64,000 nucleotides of DNA from assembly GCA_951406725.2 (NCBI GenBank), contig OX597814.1, positions 110,360,001 to 110,424,000 of the forward strand. The letters run 5' to 3'. This DNA is from Octopus vulgaris (lineage: Eukaryota). Numbering within the stretch: the first letter of the stretch is position 1; every line of letters starts with the position of its first letter. A program made the position numbers and the translations under genes. The notes below the pieces were generated by a model that worked only from the letters and a program-made list of their open reading frames with translations, had not been told where the DNA came from and made no database searches. Below are positions 25,913 to 37,426 of this stretch, piece by piece.

Positions 25913-28380
25913 TGTTATGATGTTTTAATGTAGCTGCGGACTTATTGTATATTCATTTACTAACTGTTCAAATCACAAACAATATCTATTCTTTATAGCT
26001 TCTACGACTCTGTGTAATATATGGCTGCACATATGACGCACTTCTGATATCTTCAGCATGCATGCATATTTATACATTTTGGAACTGTTCATTTATACTT
26101 TCAAGGGGGTGTTCGGATTCCACTACAACATCTCCCTTTTTTAAGTTTGACTTTCCTTGAGAGTCAATACTTTTATTTATTACCACCTTTCTTTCCCCCA
26201 CCCTTTTTTCTTTTACTTCCACAGAGAGAAATTGGAATATTTTCACTTTTTGGTTCAATTTTCAACATTTCGATCCACTTTCTTTTCCTAGTTGAAGTAC
26301 ATGCTGGTTCGACCAGTTCTTGCGATACAGGAACATCAAACATGTCTTATAATATTTCCATTGGCTCTTCCTGCCTTATTTTTTCTATTGTAAATCTGTT
26401 TTTTCCATTTGGTTCAGATGTCTCTTATGTTCCCACATATGCCTTGTTACCATATATACATTACTCTTTCTAAACGTTTAGTTATTTTTCCTTCTTCCCA
26501 ACTTTGCCATTTTTATATTTTTTAAAAAAACACTGTCACCTATATTGAAACACTTCATTTTATTTTCAGTGTTTCTCTGTATTTTTTGTTTTCTTCCTGG
26601 TAGTAGTTTATCAAATACTGACTGGACTTTCCTGGCAAACATTAGTTCAGCCAGCAACATATCCGACTGTGTTACATAAACTTTAGCTTTCAGCGTCTTC
26701 CCATGAAATGTCACTTCTGTTGTCATTTCATCTAAAAATCGTGCTTGCTTTCCTGAAATACAAGCAATTTTTGATATTTTCTTGAAAGTAGGCCTTCCAA
26801 TCTTTTGCCATGTATTATTGTTGATTATCGAGATACCGCTTCCTGTATCCAATTGCAATTTCATATTAACGTTATTTTTACAGATACAAATTTTCTTTTT
26901 TGCACCTCACTTTCTATTTGTGTTGAGAACACTTTTTTACTTGCATTTTCATTCGACCTTTTTTCTTTAACCAACAATGTGAATTCTTATGCCCTGTTTT
27001 GCCAAAACCAAAACAATTTTTATTTTTAAAAAGACAGTCCCTTTTAAAGTGTATTTGGCTACACCCATAGCATGGCTTGGGTCTTGATAGTTTTATTTTC
27101 TCCTTGTTTGTTATAGGTCGACATGCCTGTATATTTACATCATCCCCTTCAATTTTTTGTGTCTCGTCATAGATTATCCTTTGGTATTCTTCCGCTACTG
27201 TTTATAAAGTTAATTTAGTAGCTTGCTCTAATTTTGTTAATATTCCAGCTTGTATTTCCCCATCTTTACTTGCAGTTAATCCTTTTACAAAGATTAAACA
27301 TTTGAACATGTCTGGAGTTAACTCGCTTAAATTTTTCACATTCTTTGTTTATGATACCTGCATACATAACAAAGTCATCTGTTTCATTCTTTTTCAAATT
27401 CTGGCATTCCCAGCGAATGTTAAATAATGAACTCCTTTCACTGAATATCTTCTCTAACAGACTAATTGTTTCCTTGAAACAAATTTCTAGCAGTTTCCTT
27501 GGCAAGATGAAATAATAATATTTTTCATGATGTGCCGGTGATAATTTTCATAAAAGAAATCAAAATCAAATTCGATGACTGGCGTCTGTGCTAGCAGGGT
27601 GCAAAGAGCACCATGTGAGTGTGATCATTGACAGAACGGCTAACCGGGTTCCATACCAGTGGCATGTAAAAAACACCATTCGAGCGTGATCGTTACCAGC
27701 ATCACTTTACTGGCACCTGTGCCGGTGGCATGTGTAAAAGATTCAAGCGAGGTCATTGCCAGTACCACCTGACTGGCCCCGTGGTGGTGGCACGTAAAAG
27801 CACCCACTACACTCTCGGAGTGGTTGGCGTTAGGGAGGGCATCCAGCCCTCAGTCAAATCGTCCAACCTATGCTAGCATGGAAAGCGGACGTTAAATAAT
27901 GATGATGATAATGAAGCCCTATCTTCTTTTCAACTGTCCAACTTTTACATTTTTCCTTAAATATTTCCCCATACCTTCTAAAGTATGCTGGAAACGTAAT
28001 CCCTTCTGGATTATAAGCAAATAACCCAATCGAATTGGTTACTCCATCCGCTGAAAATGAACCTGATATGTCCTTTGACAGCAGCAATAATTCTAACAAC
28101 CGCTGAGTTTGCTGTTATTGTTGCTGTTTCCATTGTTCTTGTTGTTGCTGTACTACAGGGGCTAACAGTTCTTCCATGCTAAGAACTTTGAATGTCTCAC
28201 AATTATGAAGTGGGTGATTTTATATCATTTTTCACTGTGTGAAATTTGAAACCTCGCCTCCACTTTTGTGAAGTGCCTGAAATTATAATCCTTGTCATCA
28301 CTTTTACAAAGTAAGAGGATTTTTAAAATTGCATGTAGTTCAAATCCTTGCCGCCACTGTTATGATGCTTTAATGTAGTT
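25913..28380 (-). mobile_element. Gypsy (Mag/K02A2.6-like) LTR retrotransposon, internally deleted and decayed
   Basis: 3' LTR 25913-26130 (TG..CA) with PPT 26131-26142; 5' LTR remnant from 28358 (same TGTTATGATG end); PBS TGGCGGCAAGGAT 28356-28344; gag motifs TFPAYFRRY and SSLFNIRWECQNL; protease LQLDTGS; post-integrase AELMFARKV. Confidence 0.9.
27559..27912 (+). mobile_element. Family A copy with four hairpin units inserted in Gypsy gag
   Basis: ~64-bp tandem units then core and (GAT)n tail; gag reading resumes on both sides. Confidence 0.85.
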
Positions 28381-28832
28381 TTAATGTATTTACATTAAAT
28401 GATAATGATGATGTGTTGTATTTAAACCAGTCATATCCAGCCAAAATATTTCACCTGTTTTATATTCAAACTGGCCAGATGTGGCTTCTGACATCTATCC
28501 TATGATATCATTCTAGAAATAAACAATCACATCATTGAAATCTCAAAGCTACAAGATTATTCATGTTTTGAATTAATTGTGCATTACATCTGACAAAGTA
28601 ATCTAAATGCTAAACATTATTTAGTTAATTCCACCACCTTGGGAGCCTGTTGTTGAGTTTATTGTGTTATAAATATTTGGGCCAAGACTCCAAGAAATGA
28701 CCCATCTACTATCTTTCTCCCTTCAGGTTTGGAGGTTATGGTTATTGTTGATTCTTCAATGACTAAACTATAAAAAAAAATTTTGTTCTAAAATTTATTC
28801 CTTTTATTTTTGTTTTGTGTTTGTTTATTTAG

Positions 28833-29012
28833 GTTACCATTATGGTATCTTCTCTTGTGAAAGTTGTAAAGGGTTCTTCAAGCGTACTGTACAGAACAAA
28901 AAAGTATATCAATGTCATCAGAAAAACTGTTGTGAGATAAATGTCTACAATCGAAAGAAATGTCCTGCTTGTCGGTTTAATAAATGTCTTGAAAGTGGTA
29001 TGTTATTGGAAG
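28833..29012 (+). CDS. Hr39: HR39/NR5B coding exon 2: C4 zinc-finger DNA-binding domain
   Basis: TTTAG|GT TAC; [59 protein letters not shown]; G|GTAAG. Confidence 0.97.
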
Positions 29013-29479
29013 GTAAGAAGAATTTCAGTTTTTGTGAATTGCAAATTAACAAATCGTTCCATCAAACACATTCAGTTCAATTCGACCCTGTATTGGTTGT
29101 ATGTCTCATGACATAATCAGGAAAAGTTGACTCACACTCATTAATTCATTAGATTACATTTGACTAATTAAGTTTTGTTACAGTAATTGTACAGATAATG
29201 AAAATTAAAATGAGGTTAAGCTGTTTTGATTGCTATTGAAGTATGTGACACTAGACAATTATTTTCTTAGTGAAGTTCAAAAATGATGAAGTAGTAAAAT
29301 TCACCAAAAACTACTTAGAATTTTTCTAAAAGAAAACAAAAACGGGTTAAAATTATGACATCACATTTGATAATCACTGTCTGGGTTTAGTGCAACAATG
29401 GAGTTGAGATTGTTTTAGTAAAATTGTGTTGGTCTGAGGTCAATGTAAACGGTAGGATCTGGGGGAAAGTAATGATGGT

Positions 29480-30100
29480 CTGCATTAATAATCATTAAAT
29501 ATAAACAATATAAGTAGAATAAACTGGTTTACAATGAGGAAGATGTGAAGTCTGTTTTGAACAGTATACTTCAATTGGGGAATACAAGTAGCTAAGAATG
29601 CTAACTGGTGCTGATAGTTCAGAATAGCAAATAATGTACCAGTAGTTAATGTCAGTGTTAGATGGGAGAAGTGTGAGAGCCAAGACAAGTTCAATGCAGT
29701 TACTAAGAATAACTTCAGAGAAAGTTAAGATGTGATGGATGTACTTAATGCTGGACAAATTATAGTTGAATAACTACTGGAGATAGGGATGGAGTGATGG
29801 AGGCAGTGGATAAATTAGAAAAGATAAGAGAATAAACAGCCGTCTTTTTATGGTGATGCCCTGTTGAGAGGAGAGATGTGATGGCGTAGTTGGTTCCACA
29901 CATAAAAAGATATTACCTTACAGAACTAAGTTTAGTCTAGGGAGCATAACCTGAACAAGAAAGATAGCTTAGAGAGGGAACATGAGAAATATGGGTCTCA
30001 GAGAGTGACAAGATGTGTAGTTTGAATGTTGGTACATGGTAGGAGGAAACGTGGTTAAACCAAAATCTTTGGAGGTTGGTAAAGAGGAAGCAGAATTGTT
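29480..30100 (-). mobile_element. Ancient LINE ORF2 remnant (Jockey/L2-like)
   Basis: Weak motif YWY..CYSELSA...HLPHCK..YS resembling LINE C-termini; GC-richer than flanks. Confidence 0.3.
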
Positions 30101-30711
30101 CTGCAGACTGATTAACAGATCTCTAATGAAAGTCCCAGATGATTATAATACAATGTATAGTGTTGAATCAAAAACCTCAGTGAAAGGACTTTTTGCCTTG
30201 GAAGATAAGAACTAGTATCAGTGTTGGGGTCAAAGAACAGAAAGGTGGCTTCAGATGGTGCAACAGATACAACAGCCATACCAACAATCCAACATGCAGA
30301 CACACACATGAAACTTATTTTCTTTAATAACAATCTCAGCAATATCTCAATATCTAATCTCCAAATAAAATGTACAAATTTATATCACTTAGACTGCATT
30401 GCACTCACTGAATTTAAGTTAATTTATCAGCAAGTAAAATGCTATCATTTCAAATTATGGATACAAAGTCTTCTTGCTTCTGGCTCCTTAAACTAGTTCA
30501 TCTATCTATAACTAGCTTCCATATAAACCCTGCTGAGATGTCACAAGTGTGACAAAATCCTATGAGAATTAGGATTTCTTAATTAGTTACAATTGTTATG
30601 ATGATATTAGAATGGGTATTTAGACGAAGAATTCAGTGTTGCACTTGTTTCATCTGATTGCATTTTGCATGCCTTTATTAACTTCTCTCCTACTTTCCAT
30701 TTACTTTCTAG

Positions 30712-31154
30712 CTATCCGTCTTGATCGTACACGTGGTGGTAGAAGTTCATATGATGGTTGTTCACCGCATGGTCGTACACGTGATATTGTTGACAAACAG
30801 AAACTTCAGAAATTGACCACAGTGAAACCCAACAGTCATCATCAACAACAGCAGCATTCCCAACGGTCAGTGACCATTCCAAATATGGCAATACAGAAAG
30901 TTGGTCAGAACAAGGCTAGTCAGCTTGTTGCTATACTAAGCCGTAACAGTAGTTCTGATGACAAAAAACCTTTTGTTCCACAGATTCTTACAGACATTAT
31001 GAATTTAGAATCATTACTCTGTGATGATGAACCAAACACTCAAATTCTATTGGAAGACCCAACAAGTTACACTTCTCTGATGCAAATCACTGAAGATCGT
31101 CTTTACAAAATTGTACGCTGGGCCAGGAATCTTTCTCAGTTTGCATCAATTTCT
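30712..31154 (+). CDS. Hr39: HR39/NR5B coding exon 3: FTZ-F1-box-like extension, hinge, LBD helices 1-3
   Basis: TTCTAG|CT ATC; AIRLDRTRGGRSSY...VPQILTDIMNLE...EDRLYKIVRWARNLSQFASIS; TCT|GTGAGT. Confidence 0.95.
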
Positions 31155-31560
31155 GTGAGTATTACTGAAGTTTTTTGTTTTTTTTGTCTATAACAGTGAC
31201 TGTGTAATTTTACCTTTTAGGTCATATTTCAAAAACAATCATAATTTGATATGAATGTTTTTGTTGTTATTGTTTAGCCCTGGGTCAGCTCTGAGTAGAT
31301 CAGAGGTGTTCTAGCTCTAACCACCTTGTCTTTTTGTAAATCTGGACAACATTGTTCAGTGTGTCCTTCCTTCATCCCCTCTTTTAAGACCTAGCTGGAT
31401 GTGATATGGAGAAGTTTAATTACTATTTCTTTCAGATTTGGTAAACATTATGGTTCCTTCATTGGTTTGTTTGTTGAATCAGACAGAGAGAGAGGAGCTG
31501 AAAAAATTGACATTGTATTTCTTAAAAATTAAGAGGCCAATGAAATGTCAAGTCTTCCTG

Positions 31561-31778
31561 TTAACCCTTTTGATAACAACCCACCTGAGACCATTCTGGA
31601 TCTATGATGCAAAAGTTCCTTTTCTAAAACAAGCTAAAAAAACCTTCCCATCAAAATTTCATGTTCCAAACAGTAGCTTAATTTCAACAGTTATTTTACT
31701 AAATTCAAAATTAGTTTTGAAATTAAGTGAAGCAAAAGTAGTGTATTTCAGTAGAAATATGGTAACAAATACATTAAA
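31561..31778 (+). mobile_element. piggyBac-type MITE
   Basis: TTAA|CCCTTTTGATA ... AGAAATATGGTAACAAA; same family as 32997-33179 in opposite orientation. Confidence 0.65.
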
Positions 31779-32996
31779 CGAAAACAGAGAGACAGAAGAT
31801 TTTAAGATTTTAATCCAACAGTGTATCACAGTGGTGATTTTTGTTTCTTTGTCTAATCTATTGTTTACAGTGTATTGTTGGTTTTTTTAAATTTAATTTA
31901 CTCATACAAAACAAACCAAATTCTGCCATATTTACTAATTAGGTTTAATTGTTCTTTAACATTATTTCTAATGAAAATATTCTACCTATGTCTAAAGAAT
32001 TTCAAAGGGTTTGTTAAAAATAATTGTAACCTATTTATTAGTATATTATTCAAGGATTTGTAATGCAATTTAATGGGCCCTCATATAAAATTACAATGGG
32101 ATTTTTATCAACTGCAATCTGGAGTTGTTATTCATGGAGCAAAAATGGTTTTGAGATAGAGAAGTTTTAATTTAGATGTGAATATGATAACACAGCTAGT
32201 TTCTGGTAAGATGATAATACTTGGACCAGGGATAGTCAGAGGTAGTAGGTTGGTATCAAGAAGATTGACAAAAAATTATCTTAAAATCTGGTATTATTTG
32301 ATACTCTCTCAAACTTCTTCCCTGTATATGATTAGAAGTTGTTGGTCTGAGTATCCAGCTGATTTATCAAGGAAACAAAAAAGAATCAAATATCTTGATA
32401 GATAAAATATCCACCATTTGGTATTTCAGAATAATTTGAAACATTTTCATCAACAGAAAATAGATCAATCATTGTTGATATCAGATCTAATACATGGCAT
32501 TGCTACCTTTTAAAACCAGTTTCATTTATCTTGTTTACAGAAACCTCATTTTAGAAAAAAAGTTATTTCTTGTACATGTAATCTTCTTGAATTCACATCA
32601 CCCTCTCTTACCCTCAACAGCACTAACAACAATAATAAAGAGCATGGTGATAAGATAAAGAAGGTGGATGAAACCAGTCTATAGCTTTTACTGCCATCAA
32701 TCCCAAGGAATCACAGATGACTAAACAACCAAAGTGTCATTAGTTCACATCCTAGTCCCATAGTCCAGGGCATTCAGATTTTGATGAATTAGATCCACTG
32801 ACAATGGCTACATTCACCTTAAAAGATACCTTCAGCTGATATAACTTGTCACTTGACAGTAGCATCACTGACAAATGTATTTCATCTAAGATAGATCTTT
32901 ATCAGCAACAAAAATTTTCAAGCCAAGAAAGCCTCTATCAAAGTACTCTACCTGCTACAAATAACATTCAGATCTTGCTTCATGTCTCATCCTACT

Positions 32997-33179
32997 TTAA
33001 TCCTTTTGTTACCATATTTCTTTTGAAATACACTTTTTTTTTAAATTCTAAAAAATACAAAGTATTACTGTCATTATCAAAGCTGGTATTTGGAATAATA
33101 ATTTAGAATGAAATTTGTTTGAAGTTTGTGTCCTCAAGGTAGGAGCAGTTTGGGTGCTGATTGATATGAAAGGGGTTAA
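32997..33179 (-). mobile_element. piggyBac-type MITE
   Basis: TTAA|TCCTTTTGTTACCATATTTCT ... GAAAGGGG|TTAA. Confidence 0.7.
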
Positions 33180-33359
33180 ACTACATGAAATAAATACGTA
33201 CTGGGTAGTCCAGTACTGGATATAATATACCAGAAAAGCAGATGGGATGAACAAGGCTGAAATACAAAATCAGAGTTTTCCAAAGCTTATAAGGTGAAGT
33301 CATAATTTCTTAAAGACTTTTGTCCCTCTAATGTATTTGGTTTTCTATTTATTTTACAG

Positions 33360-33612
33360 ACTGATGATCAAATACTGCTACTACAGAATTGTTGGTCAGA
33401 TCTTCTTCTGTTAGAGTGCTGTTACCGATCTAAAGAGAAACCATCTGAAATCCGCCTTGCTCAAGGAGCCACTCTTTCAGTGAAAACAGCAAAATCTCTT
33501 GGTCTGGGCAGTGTAGTGTCAATGGTTGTTGAGTTAGCTGAGCAGTTAAACCGACTTAAAGTAGATCTTTATGAATTTGTTGGTCTGAAAGTATTGGTGC
33601 TCATTACACCAG
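33360..33612 (+). CDS. Hr39: HR39/NR5B coding exon 4: LBD core (absent from ORF track)
   Basis: TTTTACAG|ACT; TDDQILLLQNCWSDLLLLECCYRS...LNRLKVDLYEFVGLKVLVLITP; G|GTAAG. Confidence 0.95.
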
Positions 33613-33957
33613 GTAAAGGAATTTTTTATCAATTATCTCTTTAGAAATTCTTCCTTCCTTTCCTTCCTTTTCATTCATTCCATGTATTGTTCTTAATGTT
33701 AAGTCCTTGATTAAGAGTGAATTTACCTTGACAGGATTTGGTTGAATGGTCTGGTCTTCTAATTGGATGAAATATTGAAACATTTAGTTGTTTAATTTTT
33801 GATTGCCCTATTCTTTCGTTTTTATGACATTGAAGGATATTTGAAATGGGACATGGCAATCTGCAGAAAAGTGCCAGAATGTCTAGGTTTCTACAAGAAC
33901 CATCAGAAAGATGTTTGAGATTTGAGGGGACTTGTTACCAAACATCTGATAATATCT

Positions 33958-34980
33958 CATCATCCTGTTTTCCATGCTGGCATGGGTTGGACTGTTCAAC
34001 TGAGGTCTGGAGAGCCAGCAGCTGCACCAGGCTCCAATCTGATCTGGCAGTGTTTCTACAGTTGGATGCCCTTCCTAACGCCAACCACTCCAAGAGTGTA
34101 GTGGGTGCTTTTTATGTACCACCGTCATGGGAGCCAGTCAGGGGATACTGGCATCGGTCACATTCAGATAGTGCTTTTTACAAGCCACCAGCACAGGAGC
34201 CAGTCAGGCAGACCTGGCATCGTCCACATTCGGATGGTGCTTTTTACATTCCACCGGCACAGGGAGCCAGCCAGAGGACACTGGTATTGACCATGTTTGG
34301 ATGATGCCTTTTACATGCTACTGGAATGGGGGCCAGTCAAGAGGCACTGGCAACAACTTCGATTTTGGTTTTACTTGACTCAACAGGTCTTCTCAAACAT
34401 ATCTTATTGCCTGACGCATCAAGGGTACTCTTAAATGGGCCAGACATACAACACTGGCATCGGCCATGGCTGTGATCTCACTTTAGTTGCCAGGTCTTCT
34501 CAATCACAGCATATCTCCAAAGGTCTGTCTACTGTCATTGTCTCTGAGGACCAGTGTTCGAAAGTCATGCTTCTCTATCTCATCCCATGTCTTCCTGGGT
34601 CTACCTCTTCCACTGGTTCCTTCTACAGTTAGGGAGTGGCATTTCCTCACACAGCTGTCCTCATCCATACGTAACACATGACTATGCCAGCACAGTCGTC
34701 TCTCTTGCACACCATAGTTGATACTTCTTGTGTCCAACATTTTTCTCAGGGTGCTTACACTGTCATGCATACACACTGACATTACACATCCAGCAGATCA
34801 TACTAGCTTCATTTCTTTTAAGCCTACCCATGTCCTCAGCAGTCAAGGCCCATGTTTCACTGCCGTGTAGCATGGCAGTTTGCACACCTGCTTCATACAG
34901 TCTACCTTTCATCCTGAGCAAGTGGCCCTTAGTTGCCAGCAGAGGTAGAGCTCCTTGAACTTTGCCCAGGCTATTCTTAT
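33958..34980 (-). mobile_element. RTE-clade LINE, 5'-truncated, with ORF end and full 3' UTR
   Basis: RIAWAKFKEL..AMLHGSETWAL..RRLCWHSHVLRMDEDS..GRGRPRKTW with frameshifts, followed by ~66-bp tandem units and the family A tail. Confidence 0.9.
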
Positions 34981-35029
34981 TTAATTAAATTAACATGTAA
35001 TACCCATTGTATAATAATAATAATAATAA

Positions 35030-37005
35030 TTCTTTCAAATTTTGGCACAAGGCCAGCAATGAGGAGGGGGGGTTACATCAACCCCAGTACTTGAAGAGTA
35101 CTTTATTCTATCAATCCCAAAAAGATCAAAGACAAAGTTGGGATTTGAACTCCTAATAATAATAATGTTGATGATTTAGGCACAAAGCCAGCAATTCTGA
35201 GGGGAGTGGGTAAGTCATTATCATTGTCTTCAGTATTTGACTGATGCTTTATCTTATCAATCCAGGAGGTAAAGTTGACGTCATCAGAATTTGAAATCAG
35301 AATGTAAAGCACCAGAAGAAACACCACAGAGCATTTTATCCAATATGTTTATAATTTTGCCCACTCACTGCCTTCTTGATTTATAATAAACTAGCTGGCC
35401 CTGTGCCATCAAAACTGATGGCTAATTGTAGTATTTTATATATAGATAAGGACAAAAGATAGAATATGGATGGTAAATCAAATTCATGCACTTGTCAATG
35501 TTTTCTAGAGGTTGTCTTTTGAGATGTGACATCAATCATCGTTTGTTACTGAAAGAACGCTGGTTCACATCCAAACACTTCCCTTGTACATGCATACATA
35601 TACTCACACAGAGTTGAAACACTGATTTTTCTTTTCAGCATTGAATGTTCACCATCTCACTTCCATTGCACACACACACCTCCCTTTTACATATACGCAC
35701 ACAGAGTTGAAACACTCACTACCAGTTTGTCATCACCCCTTCCTTCCTTTCATTCATATGTTGTGACAGAAAAAAAACACAAGAGTATTGTTATAGTAGG
35801 CCTAAAATTTGGTGGGATGAGGATAGTTGATGAAATTGACCCCAGTGCTCAACTGGTACATATCAACCCTGAAAGGATAAAAGGCAAAATTGACCTCAGC
35901 AGAATTTGAACTCGGTATATTAAGACAGATAAAATGCCACTAAGCATTTTGCTTGGTATGCTAATCATTCTGCCAGCTCACTGCCTTAATTCTTTCTACT
36001 ATAAGCACAAGGCCTGAAATTTTAGAGGGATGGAGCTAACCAATTATATCAACCCCATTGCTCAAAGGATGAAAAGTAAAGTTGACCTCAGCAGAATTTG
36101 AACTTGGAACACATGGCTGGAAGAAATACTGCTAAGCTTTTTGTTTGGTGAGCTAACAATTCTAACAGCTCAACACTTAATAATAATAGTTTTTAGCTTG
36201 GGTATGATACCAACAATTTTGAAGGGAGTGAGGTTAGTTGATACCATTAATCTTGGTACTTGACCGATACTTTGTTTTTCATCCTTCTAGGGAAGAAAGG
36301 TAAAGTTGACCTTGATGGAGTTTGAACTCAGAACAGAGTCACAAGTTGTATTAATAATAATTTTTGTGAGTTATGTAATTTTTTTAAATTGGCAAACAGC
36401 CTAACAGTCTTATAAGGCAGCTTAAGTAGACTCTATTGAATACATGGTTGTGATCTATTTTAAGAAAAACAAACCTAGAGGTACAAAGCTAAATATAGTA
36501 AGACATTTAGTATGAGATCTACCATTTCTGCCACCCCTCCATCCTAATTATTGCTATTAATAATTACAACAACCATCATTGATAATTACAGTAACATCCT
36601 ATAAACAACACACTACCTTTGGTTAAATGTTAAGGCATCTTTCATGATATCCTATCAGACTATACTTCATGTTGAATACCTATACTCTGTTCCATTCTAT
36701 ATTTTCTTTATGAAACTGTATCCATGACAGAAAATACTTCAACTCTAAACTATTTACAATGAACATTTAGAGACATTCAATAGGTAGGGAAAGACAGACT
36801 CACTTTTGATTACATCCAAAAAGTCATTCAGCTGAAAGGCATAAAAATAATTTTCTTATATAGACACAAGGCCTGAATTTTGGAGAAGGTGGCTACTTGA
36901 TTATATTGACCATAACCCCCAACCAGTGTGTGACTGATACTTTATTGACTCCGAAAGGATGAAAAGCAAAGTCGACCTAGGTGGGATTTGAACTCAGAAT
37001 GTAAT
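35030..37005 (-). mobile_element. Cluster of about six family C tRNA-SINE copies
   Basis: Repeated GCACAAGGCC..GAAAGGATGAAA..AAAGTTGACCTC..GAATTTGAACTC blocks near 35030, 35170, 35790, 35990, 36185, 36850; reverse complements of 39802-40037. Confidence 0.8.
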
Positions 37006-37148
37006 TCTACTGCATTTATTGATTTACCAGCAACTCCTTTCCTAAGCAATGAACAGTCATCATCATCATTATTATTATTATTATTATTATTATGCTGTGT
37101 TAGATATTCTTTGTCAAACTAATTTTTTTTTCCTTTTTTTCTCCTCAG

Positions 37149-37426
37149 ATGTAAAGGGTTTGAAACATCCAGAAACAATCAGAGAACATCAAGAAAAGCT
37201 ATGTGAAGCATTGGATATGTACACGGGTAGCCATTACCCTCAACATCCAAACAAATTTGGAGAAATGATCCTTACTTTGCCCATCTTGTCTCGTATCAGC
37301 ATTAAAGGAAAAGAACTCATAACAGACACTCAGCTTAATGACATTTCATCATACGGGCTTCTCTACGAACTGCTGAAGGGGGAGAATGCTACTAAAGAAT
37401 CTCATAGCACTCCAGAAAATACTTGA
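37149..37426 (+). CDS. Hr39: HR39/NR5B coding exon 5: LBD helices 9-12 with AF-2 (LLYELL) and stop
   Basis: Long T tract, CTCCTCAG|AT; DVKGLK...HYPQHPNKFGEMILTLPIL...GLLYELLKGE; TGA ends at 37426. Confidence 0.95.

Larger units (their letters stand above)
21851..37426 (+). other. Hr39: Nuclear receptor HR39 / FTZ-F1beta (NR5B) gene, coding span; join(21851-22745,28833-29012,30712-31154,33360-33612,37149-37426), 682 aa
   Basis: Spliced ORF of 2049 nt; intron phases 1,1,0,1 all compatible; NR5 P-box ESCKG; HR39-type [14 protein letters not shown], AIRxDRTRGGRS and DxRLYKIVxW motifs. Confidence 0.88.

Noticed and set aside
31438-31890. 150-aa ORF in the intron after coding exon 3
   Set aside because: Spans a MITE, no homology motif, not needed for the spliced receptor frame.
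34104-34370. CRISPR-like repeat-spacer appearance
   Set aside because: Whole units, including the apparent spacers, are homologous; eukaryotic LINE UTR, no cas genes.
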